A stretch of DNA of 64,000 nt from an uncultured bacterium (lineage in GTDB: Bacteria; Acidobacteriota; Thermoanaerobaculia; Multivoradales; JAHZIX01), in the NCBI GenBank assembly GCA_965368975.1, contig CBDUPA010000004.1, forward strand, positions 128,001 to 192,000, read 5' to 3'. The notes under the pieces were generated by a model, which made no database searches, had not been told where the DNA came from, and worked only from the letters and a program-made list of their open reading frames with translations. This document shows positions 16,743-25,454 of this stretch, in pieces. The translations under genes were made by a program, and so were the position numbers. The first letter of the stretch is position 1, and each line of letters starts with the position of its first letter.

Positions 16743-18134
16743 ATGTTACGCCGTCTAGACCAGACATCTCCCCAGGCAGGATTCTCGCTCTTCGAGCTGC
16801 TGATCGCCCTGGCGATGACAGCCATGCTGATGGTTGGCGCGCTCGGTCTCTTCGATGCGATGAACAAGCTCACGCGCGTGCAAACCAACCTCTCCAACGT
16901 TCAGCAGGTCATGCGCGTGACGCAGACTGACCTGGTTCGTCATCTGCGAATGGCTGGTCGCGGTGGCCTCGCCGCACGGCTGAACAGCGTTCTGCCGGTG
17001 GCGACTAGCTTCCAAGGAGTCAACCTGGATGCTTTGGAGCTGCGAACCAATCTTGGAGACAGCGGTTCACCGCGCCTCGTTTCGTCGACGGCTGGAGCAC
17101 CGAATGCCTTGCAGGGTAGTGACATGCTGATCGTGCGTGGTGTCTTCAACACGCCGCTCTACCAGATTCGGCAAAGTCACGACCTGGTTTTGCAAGACGA
17201 TTCTCTGACCGACGTGGATCCAGTCAGTGCTGTGCGCGGCATCGTCACGGTTTGCGCCAACGGGGATGGCATCGAGCAGACGGTAGCTCCCTTGACGCAA
17301 CTGATCGCCGACGGTGAGAAAGAGCCGATGGTGATGGTGAATCGGGTGAATCAGGCACAGGTCGTCGTGGTAGAAGCTGACTTCGGTTCCACGAATTCCG
17401 TCAGCTTCAATGATCCGACAGTTTGTCCGGCAGCCGGACCGAGCAACGGCGTGGGTGTTCGCATCGAGTTCTACATCCGCCGTGCGGGAACTGCGAACCC
17501 CGCCTCTGTCGACCTGGACACCTATCGCTTGCTTTCGAGCGATCCTTCGCTGGCCGCGCTCCCCTCGACCATGCGCAGTGCTGCGCAGATCGGCCTTCTC
17601 GAGGAGTATCGCTACTACTTGCAGGAAGACGCTTCGGGTACCGCGGATCTGGAGCGTGCGCGCATGATTCCCGGTACCGAGACCCTGTGGCGCAACGATC
17701 TGGACAGCATTCAGGTGTTCGCCGACAACATGCTGGATATGCAAGTGGCATTGGGTTTCGACACCTCGCTGGGGAACTGCGCCGGGACGGACTGTTCTTT
17801 CGACGCAGATCTGGACAACGCCGGGTTGGACGACTTGATCTACGAGGCGAACGATGGTGATGACGACGATTGGCTGTTCAACAGTTCTGATGACGACCCA
17901 ACCGCCGCGATCTGGCAAGTTGGGGCCGCCATCACGGCTGACGTGCCGGACCTACACCTGATCAGGCTGAGCTTGATCGGTCGTACCGAAGGCGCCGATC
18001 CCTACTACGAGGCTCCTGACTTACAGGACTTGGAAGATAGTGATTATGGCGCACGCGATCTCAACGATTGGCCCGAAACGCGGTTTCGACGCCGGCAGTT
18101 GCAGACGGTAATCGAGCTTAGGAACCAGCTCTGA
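16743..18134 (+). CDS. pilW: PilW-like minor pilin
   Basis: AG|FSLFELLIALAM, LRMAG motif, DMQVALGFD, C-terminal RQLQTVIELRN. Confidence 0.85.
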   Translation: MLRRLDQTSPQAGFSLFELLIALAMTAMLMVGALGLFDAMNKLTRVQTNLSNVQQVMRVTQTDLVRHLRMAGRGGLAARLNSVLPVATSFQGVNLDALELRTNLGDSGSPRLVSSTAGAPNALQGSDMLIVRGVFNTPLYQIRQSHDLVLQDDSLTDVDPVSAVRGIVTVCANGDGIEQTVAPLTQLIADGEKEPMVMVNRVNQAQVVVVEADFGSTNSVSFNDPTVCPAAGPSNGVGVRIEFYIRRAGTANPASVDLDTYRLLSSDPSLAALPSTMRSAAQIGLLEEYRYYLQEDASGTADLERARMIPGTETLWRNDLDSIQVFADNMLDMQVALGFDTSLGNCAGTDCSFDADLDNAGLDDLIYEANDGDDDDWLFNSSDDDPTAAIWQVGAAITADVPDLHLIRLSLIGRTEGADPYYEAPDLQDLEDSDYGARDLNDWPETRFRRRQLQTVIELRNQL

Positions 18135-18283
18135 GTTGCGCTCTGAGCCCAGGCTCAGAGCTAGACAAGGGTTGGTGGTAGTCAAATGACATGCAGGATC
18201 GTCCGGTCCGTTCGGGCTGGCGAAAAAGAGGGGGGAGCTCCAACATGCAGGAGAGCCCCCGACATGCAGGGAGTTGAAATCCG

Positions 18284-18898
18284 ATGAGTGTGAAAAACGC
18301 TTCTAAGCGCGTTGGATCATGGAATTCGCAGGGCGGTAGCGCCTTCGTTGCCGCCCTGCTCTTGATTATCGTGTTGACCGTGCTCGGCGTCACTCTGGTG
18401 CTGACGACCCAGACCGAGCGACGCATCGGTGCCAATGAGCGAACCGGTGAGCGTAACTTCTACGCTGCGGACGCGGCACTGCGCTTGGGGTTGGTCAAGT
18501 TCATGGCTCTCAAGGACTACCGGCCGCTGCGTCTGGATACGGTGGAACCGGTCGTGGTCGATGGAGTGACTCGGTCAGGCAATGTACAGGCTCGTGATCT
18601 GGACGGCAATCTCCGGCAAATGGGAATCGAGACTCGGCTCCAGGTGTCGGCCATCTATCCGATCAACAATAGCCGTAGCTCACTCGGCATGATCAATCAG
18701 GGTGCGCACTACTACAACATCAACCATGCGGTTGTAGCTAGCGCGACGCGCATCGTGCCAAGACCCGACGCATCCGGATTACCGCCCATCATGAGCACCA
18801 AGCAACTGAGCGTGATGTTCATGGCGGATCCTCTGCCATCGCCGAATGCACAGGCGCTGGCCACCATTGACACCAGTGAACTCAGCAACAAGTTCTAG
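18284..18898 (+). CDS. pilX: PilX-like minor pilin
   Basis: G|SAFVAALLLIIVLTVLG lacking Glu5, ERRIGANE...FYAADA typical of the PilX N-terminus. Confidence 0.85.
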   Translation: MSVKNASKRVGSWNSQGGSAFVAALLLIIVLTVLGVTLVLTTQTERRIGANERTGERNFYAADAALRLGLVKFMALKDYRPLRLDTVEPVVVDGVTRSGNVQARDLDGNLRQMGIETRLQVSAIYPINNSRSSLGMINQGAHYYNINHAVVASATRIVPRPDASGLPPIMSTKQLSVMFMADPLPSPNAQALATIDTSELSNKF

Positions 18899-18952
18899 TT
18901 GCCACCTTCGATGTGCCGGTGGTTCCTGGCGAGCCGGTGTAGGAGTCCAACA

Positions 18953-21900
18953 ATGAAAACTCTCAGAAGCGCTTCCTTGGTCCTCGTGACTGGTCTGCTG
19001 GTAATGGTTACTCTGGCGTTGTCTGTGCAGGCTGACGACAGAGCTCTGCTCAATGCACAGAGTGGTGAGCCATACGTGTTCGTACTCTTCGACACCTCCG
19101 GCTCAATGCATTGGACTCCTTTCTGTTCACAAGCCGACTTCGACGCCGGGGAGTGCGCCCCCCTGTGCACGGTCGGCAATTGCAATGCTTGGACGAACGG
19201 AGACGATCCGGTATCCAAGCTCTACCAGGCCAAGAAGGTCTTGTACGAGACCGTCGAATCTGCCACGCGTGTGCACTTCGGTTTTGCTACCTACAACCAG
19301 GACGACCTCGGTGTCCTCGACAAGCATTGGATCTACAAGCCACGCACTACGGGAATCGAACTCGTCAGCGGCAACTTCTATCCCGACCCGGACTTCACCG
19401 CTCCAGATGGAGCCCAGGAGTGGCAGGAGATCTTCGGTGATCGCGATTCCTGCACCTCGAGCAGCCGGACGGGTTGTGACTATAACCGTCCCGCAGACAT
19501 GGATGACGCGTGGGAGTTGGAGCGGGTCTGGCGCTACCCAAAAATCGACGATGACCTCAACGACACGGTCTCGTTTTATGTCCGCGATACCGACAACCGG
19601 ACCTACCGGGTGTACTACAGCCACGCTTCTGGCTACGGCTCTGAGACGATGGGTTCCGACACCATCCACATCTCGGTTCGTGTTCGCCGATACAACATCT
19701 CTAACGGTAACTACTACAGCAGTTTCGACAGGACGACGGTAGTGCCCTTCGATCTCGTCTACACGGACCTCGACGGCGACGGTACCGTTGATGCACCGAC
19801 CGAATTCCTGATGTGGGAGAACGGTGCCCGGAGAGGACCGAGACAGCGTGGCTACACTTCCACCGACGATTTGACCGCCTCCGGAACCTGTGATGGTTGG
19901 GACCCGAACAATCCGGTGGCCAGCGTCGGTGGTCTGCGGGCCAACGACGATGACGACTTCTACGGCAGCTACCGCTTGCGCTTCCCGAGTCAGACGGCCG
20001 ACTTCCGTGACGTCCCGACTGGCAATGACCTATTCCTGGTCGGGGATGTGGTGCCTTTCGACTGGTTGAATGATCAGCGGCAGACCATCCTGGACCGATT
20101 GGCGCCCAACCGCGTGAGTCAGGGCAGCAATGCCAACTTCATCCCGGACTTCGGTTCCGCTCGCTATCTCAATGATCTGCCGGTGAGTGGCCGTTTGACG
20201 CTCAAGGACACAAATGAGCGCCCCATCATCTCCACAGGGTCGACGCCGATCGGCTACTCGGTGCGCAACTTCGATGCTTGGTACGCTGATTGGAGGAAGC
20301 GCGCCGATGGCACGATTTCTATTCCGGGCGGTGCCGATGAGAGCTTTGGTTGCCGCCGCAAATTCCTGCTCGTGCTCACGGATGGTGAAGAGACTTGCGG
20401 CAACAGCCCCTGTGACGAAACCCGAGACCTGTTCGATGATCAGAACGTCCAGACCTTCGTGGTTGGCTACGGCTTGCAGAACAGCACGACCTTGAACTGT
20501 ATGCCATGGTTCTTCCCGCTGGAGGTCGAAGACGACGATCTACGCTGTCGCGGTACCTACGACGGTCAGTGCTACGACTGCCCGCAGGCCGACCTGCAGA
20601 CCCGGGCACATCCGGTGACGGGTGAGACGGTGCCAGTGTGCCGTGAGCCCTTCTTCGCCGCGTCGGCTTCAGAGCTCAAGGACGCCTTGTCCAACATCAT
20701 TCAGCTGGTCTCGACCGAGACACGGAGCTTCTCCTCGGCCGCGGTCCCGTCGGTGCAGGCAGAGGAGGCGGACAAGATCTACCTCTCGAGCTTCGTCCCA
20801 ACGCTGGACAGTCCCATCTGGCCCGGCCGTATGGACGCTTTCCTGCGGCCGTTGCCACTCAAAGAGGTGGTTGGTGAGAACGGTGAGATCAACCTGATTC
20901 CCGACGCCTCGATCGAGTGCAGCTCCAGTGTCGAGAGCAGTTGTCACCTGTGGAACGTCAACGATCCTGAGAACTACGATACGTTGCTCGATCAGCTCCC
21001 TGCCGCCGCGCAATCGGCAGTTCGTCTGACCAACGTCACCGCGATCCAGGCGGCGCTCAACGGCATGCTGGACTACGGCGATGCTTCGTACGATGACAGC
21101 GACTTCCAGAGCTGGCTGGGTGCTGCCAGCAGCAAGCGGCGTGTGCTGTACGCGCGCCAGGATGGGGCTACCGGTGTAATCCCGGCGGAGACGCGGCTCT
21201 TCCTGCCTCCCGTCAGTTCACTAGTCAACAGTGATGAACTCTGGCGCGATCTCATTCGCAGCCTGGAAATCTGTACCTTCGCTAGTGACACGCATCCATG
21301 CTACGACGCATCGACGGCTCAAGGCCTGGATGCGCGTGACGCCGTGCGCAGGACACAGCGTTTCACCATCATGCCCAAGGTGATCAGGAACCCACAGAAC
21401 GGTGAGGTCTTGCCTTTCGTGATGGGCGATATTTTCCACTCTGACCCCGTGGTCGTTTCGAGCCCCTCGAACTTCCAGTACTTCACAGAGGATATTGGTG
21501 CCGATAGCCTCGGTAACGGTGGCTATCGCGACTACGTGCTCGAGCATCGCACACGTCGGCGTCTCCTCGTCGTTGGCTCGAACGATGGTCAACTGCACGT
21601 CTTCGAAGCGGGCACCTACAGTGCCGGGCTCGACGACCAAGGCAATCTGACCGGCGACTACACGAATGGTACTGGCAAAGAGCTGTTCTCGTTCGTGCCG
21701 CGCGGTGTCAAGCCGACCCTCGAGGCCATGTCGCAACCTGGTGTCACCGACCACCGGTTCACGGTCGACGGTACGGTGCGAGTTGATGACATCTATCTCG
21801 ACCCGGTGCACACTGGTACGCCGACAGCCAGCGAGCGCGAATGGCGCACGCTCTTGATCGGTGGTCTTCGCGAAGGCGGCAAGAGCTACTACGCTCTCGA

Positions 21901-23275
21901 CGTGACGCAGCCGGACGTCATCGACTTCCAGGTTGTCGGGGGCGTGACCACCAAGGTCGGCGAGGCTCAGATCACTACCAACAGCGAAGAGATCCCCACC
22001 TGCTACGGTGTTGCCCCCGGCGGCACGTGTGGTCCGGTTCCGTTCCCGGCGGTACTTTGGGAGTTCTCGGACCCGCTGGACGAAGATGGTGTAGGCGGCA
22101 CCGACCTGGGTGATACCTGGTCGCGCCCCAACACTGGCAGAGTCCGCATCTGCACCGCCGGCACCTGCAACAGCTCGGATGCGGGAACCGTCATTGAAGA
22201 TCGCTACGTCGCCATCTTCGGTGGTGGCATGGATGCCAGTCGCAATAATCAAGAGGGTAACTGGCTCTATATGCTGGACATCGAGACCGGCGAGGTGATT
22301 TGGAAGGTACCGCTGATCGGTTCAGCTCCGAGTGAGCCCGCGGCGGTCGATACGGATGGTGACGGCTATCTGGATACCATCTACATCGGCACCACACTGG
22401 GCTATCTCTACAAGGCCGATATCAGCAAGGCAGTCAAGATCGTCAGCACGACAGTTCCGGATGCGGTCACCGGGACGCTGGTCAGCGTTGACCGCGTCAC
22501 CGACAGTGCTTGGGATCCCTTCCTGGTCTTCACTACGGGTGGTCAGCCGATCTTCTACCCGCCGGCCGTGATCTACATTCCGGATACTGGACACTATGCT
22601 CTGGCCTTTGGCGTTGGGGATCGCGAGGATCTCTGGAGCTCTGTGTACAGCCCGAGCAACGGTCGCTTCTACATGATCGTCGATAATGGTTTCGCTGCGG
22701 GAATGACACCGCGTGTGGAGTCGGACTACCCGAAGATCATTCCGAACTCGAACCTGCCGAACGAGACCAACTTGCTACTGACCAGCCCAGGTGGTTGGTA
22801 CATGGAACTGGACAGCGGGCGGATCGAGCACCTGATCACCCCGCCGTTCGCGATTAGCGGTATTACTGTCTTCAGCACCTACCTTCCCGGTGATGCGATT
22901 GGCGAAGGCGGCTCGGTCTGCGGTCGTACAGGTTCTAGCCGGTTGTACGTAGTCTTCACCACTAACGCCAACGGCGTCATGAAGAACTCGTCCGGGACCA
23001 CGGTGAGATACCGTGAAGTCTCCGACCTGGTGACCAGCCCCTTCGTGCAAGAGGGAACCACCAAGAACAAGCGAGACCCGAATGCTCCCACCGTTTCCCC
23101 ATGCGATGCAGCGGATGTCGCCGACATTCAAGAAATTCTCAAGCAGCAGCTACCGGATTCCTGTACCTTTGGCAACTTCAGCCAGGACATCCTGACACGC
23201 CGTAGCCGCGAGGGGATCGAGTGCATCGCACCGGTGCCGGTGTGCATGATCCAGCACAACTGGAGAGAGTTCTGA
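18953..23275 (+). CDS. pilY1: PilY1/PilC type IV pilus tip adhesin (vWA-like + beta-propeller)
   Basis: AGGAG SD then ATG 18953, signal peptide, FDTSGSM and VLTDGEE, MGDIFHSDP, GSNDGQLHVF, GKELFSFVP, GGLREGG, LGDTWSRP, DTDGDGYLD, terminal WREF. Confidence 0.93.
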   Translation: MKTLRSASLVLVTGLLVMVTLALSVQADDRALLNAQSGEPYVFVLFDTSGSMHWTPFCSQADFDAGECAPLCTVGNCNAWTNGDDPVSKLYQAKKVLYETVESATRVHFGFATYNQDDLGVLDKHWIYKPRTTGIELVSGNFYPDPDFTAPDGAQEWQEIFGDRDSCTSSSRTGCDYNRPADMDDAWELERVWRYPKIDDDLNDTVSFYVRDTDNRTYRVYYSHASGYGSETMGSDTIHISVRVRRYNISNGNYYSSFDRTTVVPFDLVYTDLDGDGTVDAPTEFLMWENGARRGPRQRGYTSTDDLTASGTCDGWDPNNPVASVGGLRANDDDDFYGSYRLRFPSQTADFRDVPTGNDLFLVGDVVPFDWLNDQRQTILDRLAPNRVSQGSNANFIPDFGSARYLNDLPVSGRLTLKDTNERPIISTGSTPIGYSVRNFDAWYADWRKRADGTISIPGGADESFGCRRKFLLVLTDGEETCGNSPCDETRDLFDDQNVQTFVVGYGLQNSTTLNCMPWFFPLEVEDDDLRCRGTYDGQCYDCPQADLQTRAHPVTGETVPVCREPFFAASASELKDALSNIIQLVSTETRSFSSAAVPSVQAEEADKIYLSSFVPTLDSPIWPGRMDAFLRPLPLKEVVGENGEINLIPDASIECSSSVESSCHLWNVNDPENYDTLLDQLPAAAQSAVRLTNVTAIQAALNGMLDYGDASYDDSDFQSWLGAASSKRRVLYARQDGATGVIPAETRLFLPPVSSLVNSDELWRDLIRSLEICTFASDTHPCYDASTAQGLDARDAVRRTQRFTIMPKVIRNPQNGEVLPFVMGDIFHSDPVVVSSPSNFQYFTEDIGADSLGNGGYRDYVLEHRTRRRLLVVGSNDGQLHVFEAGTYSAGLDDQGNLTGDYTNGTGKELFSFVPRGVKPTLEAMSQPGVTDHRFTVDGTVRVDDIYLDPVHTGTPTASEREWRTLLIGGLREGGKSYYALDVTQPDVIDFQVVGGVTTKVGEAQITTNSEEIPTCYGVAPGGTCGPVPFPAVLWEFSDPLDEDGVGGTDLGDTWSRPNTGRVRICTAGTCNSSDAGTVIEDRYVAIFGGGMDASRNNQEGNWLYMLDIETGEVIWKVPLIGSAPSEPAAVDTDGDGYLDTIYIGTTLGYLYKADISKAVKIVSTTVPDAVTGTLVSVDRVTDSAWDPFLVFTTGGQPIFYPPAVIYIPDTGHYALAFGVGDREDLWSSVYSPSNGRFYMIVDNGFAAGMTPRVESDYPKIIPNSNLPNETNLLLTSPGGWYMELDSGRIEHLITPPFAISGITVFSTYLPGDAIGEGGSVCGRTGSSRLYVVFTTNANGVMKNSSGTTVRYREVSDLVTSPFVQEGTTKNKRDPNAPTVSPCDAADVADIQEILKQQLPDSCTFGNFSQDILTRRSREGIECIAPVPVCMIQHNWREF

Positions 23276-24063
23276 TGCGAGTAACCCCTGCAGTGTGCGT
23301 CCTGGGAACCTTGCTGATGGTGTTCTGGCTTGTGCCGCCTGCCCAGGGTGCTTGGCTAGTCACCACTGGAGGTGAAGAGCTCGAGACCCGAGGAGACTGG
23401 CAAGAGCGTGGTCGGCTTATTGTCTTCACGCGCCCGGACGGAACGTTGGCGTCTATTCGCGCCTCGCTGATTGATCTTGAGCAGAGCCGTCGGCGAAACG
23501 AGACACCCGTACGAGAACCGAGGCCAGCGGCGGCGCCTGTCGAAGCGCGACAGGAGCCGATAGCGGTGCTGACGGACGAGAACCTACAGCTCTTCGGAGA
23601 TGGGGCTGGCGGGACTTTTAGTGCCGCAGACTCGCGGTCCGTGTCCACGCAAGAAGCTCTGGAGGTCGACGGAAGTGATCCAGCGGATCAGAATACTCGT
23701 TTGCCCAGCCCCGCAGGTCTCACAGTGGACGATTGGCGTTATCTGGAAAGTGACGCTGGGACCGAAGTTATCGGGGTTGTTCGCAACAATGGAGAAGACA
23801 TCTACGCTAATATAGAATTGCAAGTGTCGGTGTATGGAGTGGATGAGGAACTCATGACCACCCGTAATGCACGACTCGCAAACCCAATTCTGGCTCCGGG
23901 ACGTCAAAGCGAGTTCCGGTTGCCACTGCCGCAGACCTACGGGGTCGACCGGGCCGAGTTCAATCTCACCGGTGTTCCCTTCGAGGCTCGCCGACCCGAA
24001 GGTGAGGAACCAATAGGGGGTTCCACTGCGGCACCAACACAGCCCACGGGTGCTGGCCCTTAG
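23275..24063 (+). CDS. Exported protein with C-terminal FxLYD-like beta-sandwich
   Basis: TGATG overlap with pilY1; signal peptide ending AQG; VIGVVRNNG...VSVYG...LAPGRQSEF. Confidence 0.75.
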   Translation: MRVTPAVCVLGTLLMVFWLVPPAQGAWLVTTGGEELETRGDWQERGRLIVFTRPDGTLASIRASLIDLEQSRRRNETPVREPRPAAAPVEARQEPIAVLTDENLQLFGDGAGGTFSAADSRSVSTQEALEVDGSDPADQNTRLPSPAGLTVDDWRYLESDAGTEVIGVVRNNGEDIYANIELQVSVYGVDEELMTTRNARLANPILAPGRQSEFRLPLPQTYGVDRAEFNLTGVPFEARRPEGEEPIGGSTAAPTQPTGAGP

Positions 24064-24094
24064 GGGTCGGCCTTTGGGGAACCTGCTGTATTCC

Positions 24095-24122
24095 GGCCGG
24101 CGCTTGCGCCGGCCTCTTTTTT
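24095..24122 (+). terminator. Intrinsic terminator of the pilin/PilY1 operon
   Basis: GGCCGGCGC-TT-GCGCCGGCC followed by TCTTTTTT. Confidence 0.85.
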
Positions 24123-24271
24123 GGCGGTTGGACGACGGTCCAGCCCCCAAGAAAGAGGTTGCTTGTCAGAGGCCTGCGGAGCAGACCCCCTCGAGGCCAA
24201 GAAGCGCGGTTCTCCACCCGGTGCCGACCAGCCTCTCATCCCCAACTCCCTCGGCTGCGCCGTAGGGGCAT

Positions 24272-25394
24272 CTAGAACGGCTCGTCTTCGACGTCCGACT
24301 CTGCGATCAGCTGACCCTTCAGGAAACCCTCGATGAACGGCTGGATGCCACCGTCGAGAACCTTGTCGGTATCGCCTTCCTGGACGCCGGTGCGGTGGTC
24401 CTTGACCATGCGGTAGGGCTGCAGCACGTAGCTGCGGATCTGGCTGCCCCACGCGATCTCGCGCTTCTCGCCTTCGATCTTGTCTTGCTCGGCAGCGCGG
24501 CGGTCCATTTCGGCCTGGTAGAGCCGGGCTTTGAGCATCTTCATCGCGGTCGCGCGGTTCTTGAACTGGCTGCGCTCGGCCTGGCAGGAGACCACGATGT
24601 TGGTGGGCAAGTGAGTGATGCGGACGGCGGATTCGGTCTTGTTGACGTGCTGTCCGCCAGCGCCAGAGGCGCGGAAGGTATCGACGCGCAGTTCCTTGTC
24701 CAAGATCTCGATCTGCACATCGTCGTCGACCTCGGGGTAGACGTACACGGAGGCGAACGACGTATGACGCCGCTTGGCGGCATCGTAGGGGCTGATGCGG
24801 ACCAGGCGGTGGACGCCACTCTCGGACTTGAGGTAGCCGAAGGCGTTCTCGCCTTGGACGGCGAAGGTGGCGCTCTTGATGCCGGCTTCTTCGCCGTCTT
24901 GCCGGTCCATGAACTTGGTCTCGAAGCCTTCCTGCTCGGCGTAGCGTAGGTACATGCGCAGCAGCATCTCAGCCCAGTCTTGCGACTCGGTACCGCCGGC
25001 CCCGGAGTGGATGGTGACGATGGCGCTGCGGTGGTCGTCTTCCCCGGAGAGCTTGAGCTCCAGCTCCAGGCGCTCAGCGTCCTTTTCGACGCGCGACAGG
25101 AACTCGCGCATCGACTCGTCGGCTTCGCCTTCGGCCAGCAGCTCGCTCCATACCTGCAATTCTTCCTCGTCGTTGCGCAGCTGCTCGAGCGACTTCTGCC
25201 GCTTCTCGAGCTGGCTGCGTTCCTTCACCAGCGGTGCACTGACAGCGGGGTCGTCCCAGAAGTCCGGCTGCTGCATCTGCCGGTCGAGGTCGGTCAGCTT
25301 GTCGTCGAGGTCGAGCTCTTCAAAGGTACCCCCTTAGGGAGTGCAATTGCTTCCCCAACTCGCTGATCTTCTGCTGTGCGTCTCCGGCGAACAT
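24272..25394 (-). CDS. prfB: Peptide chain release factor 2 (programmed +1 frameshift after codon 24)
   Basis: GGAGG SD, ATG 25394, MFAGDAQQKISELGKQLHSLRGYL then TGA; the +1 frame continues to GAGGTESQDWA, RISPYD, GAGGQHVNKTES, WGSQIRSY. Confidence 0.97.
25319..25334 (-). promoter_or_regulatory. prfB frameshift cassette AGGGGG-TAC-CTT-TGA-A
   Basis: Internal SD AGGGGG 3 nt before CTT TGA, as in the E. coli RF2 site. Confidence 0.93.
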
Positions 25395-25454
25395 GTCTAA
25401 GCCTCCTGCGGCTCTCGCTCCCTCGGTCTCGGGGTGCGCTTCTGAGTCTTCAAC

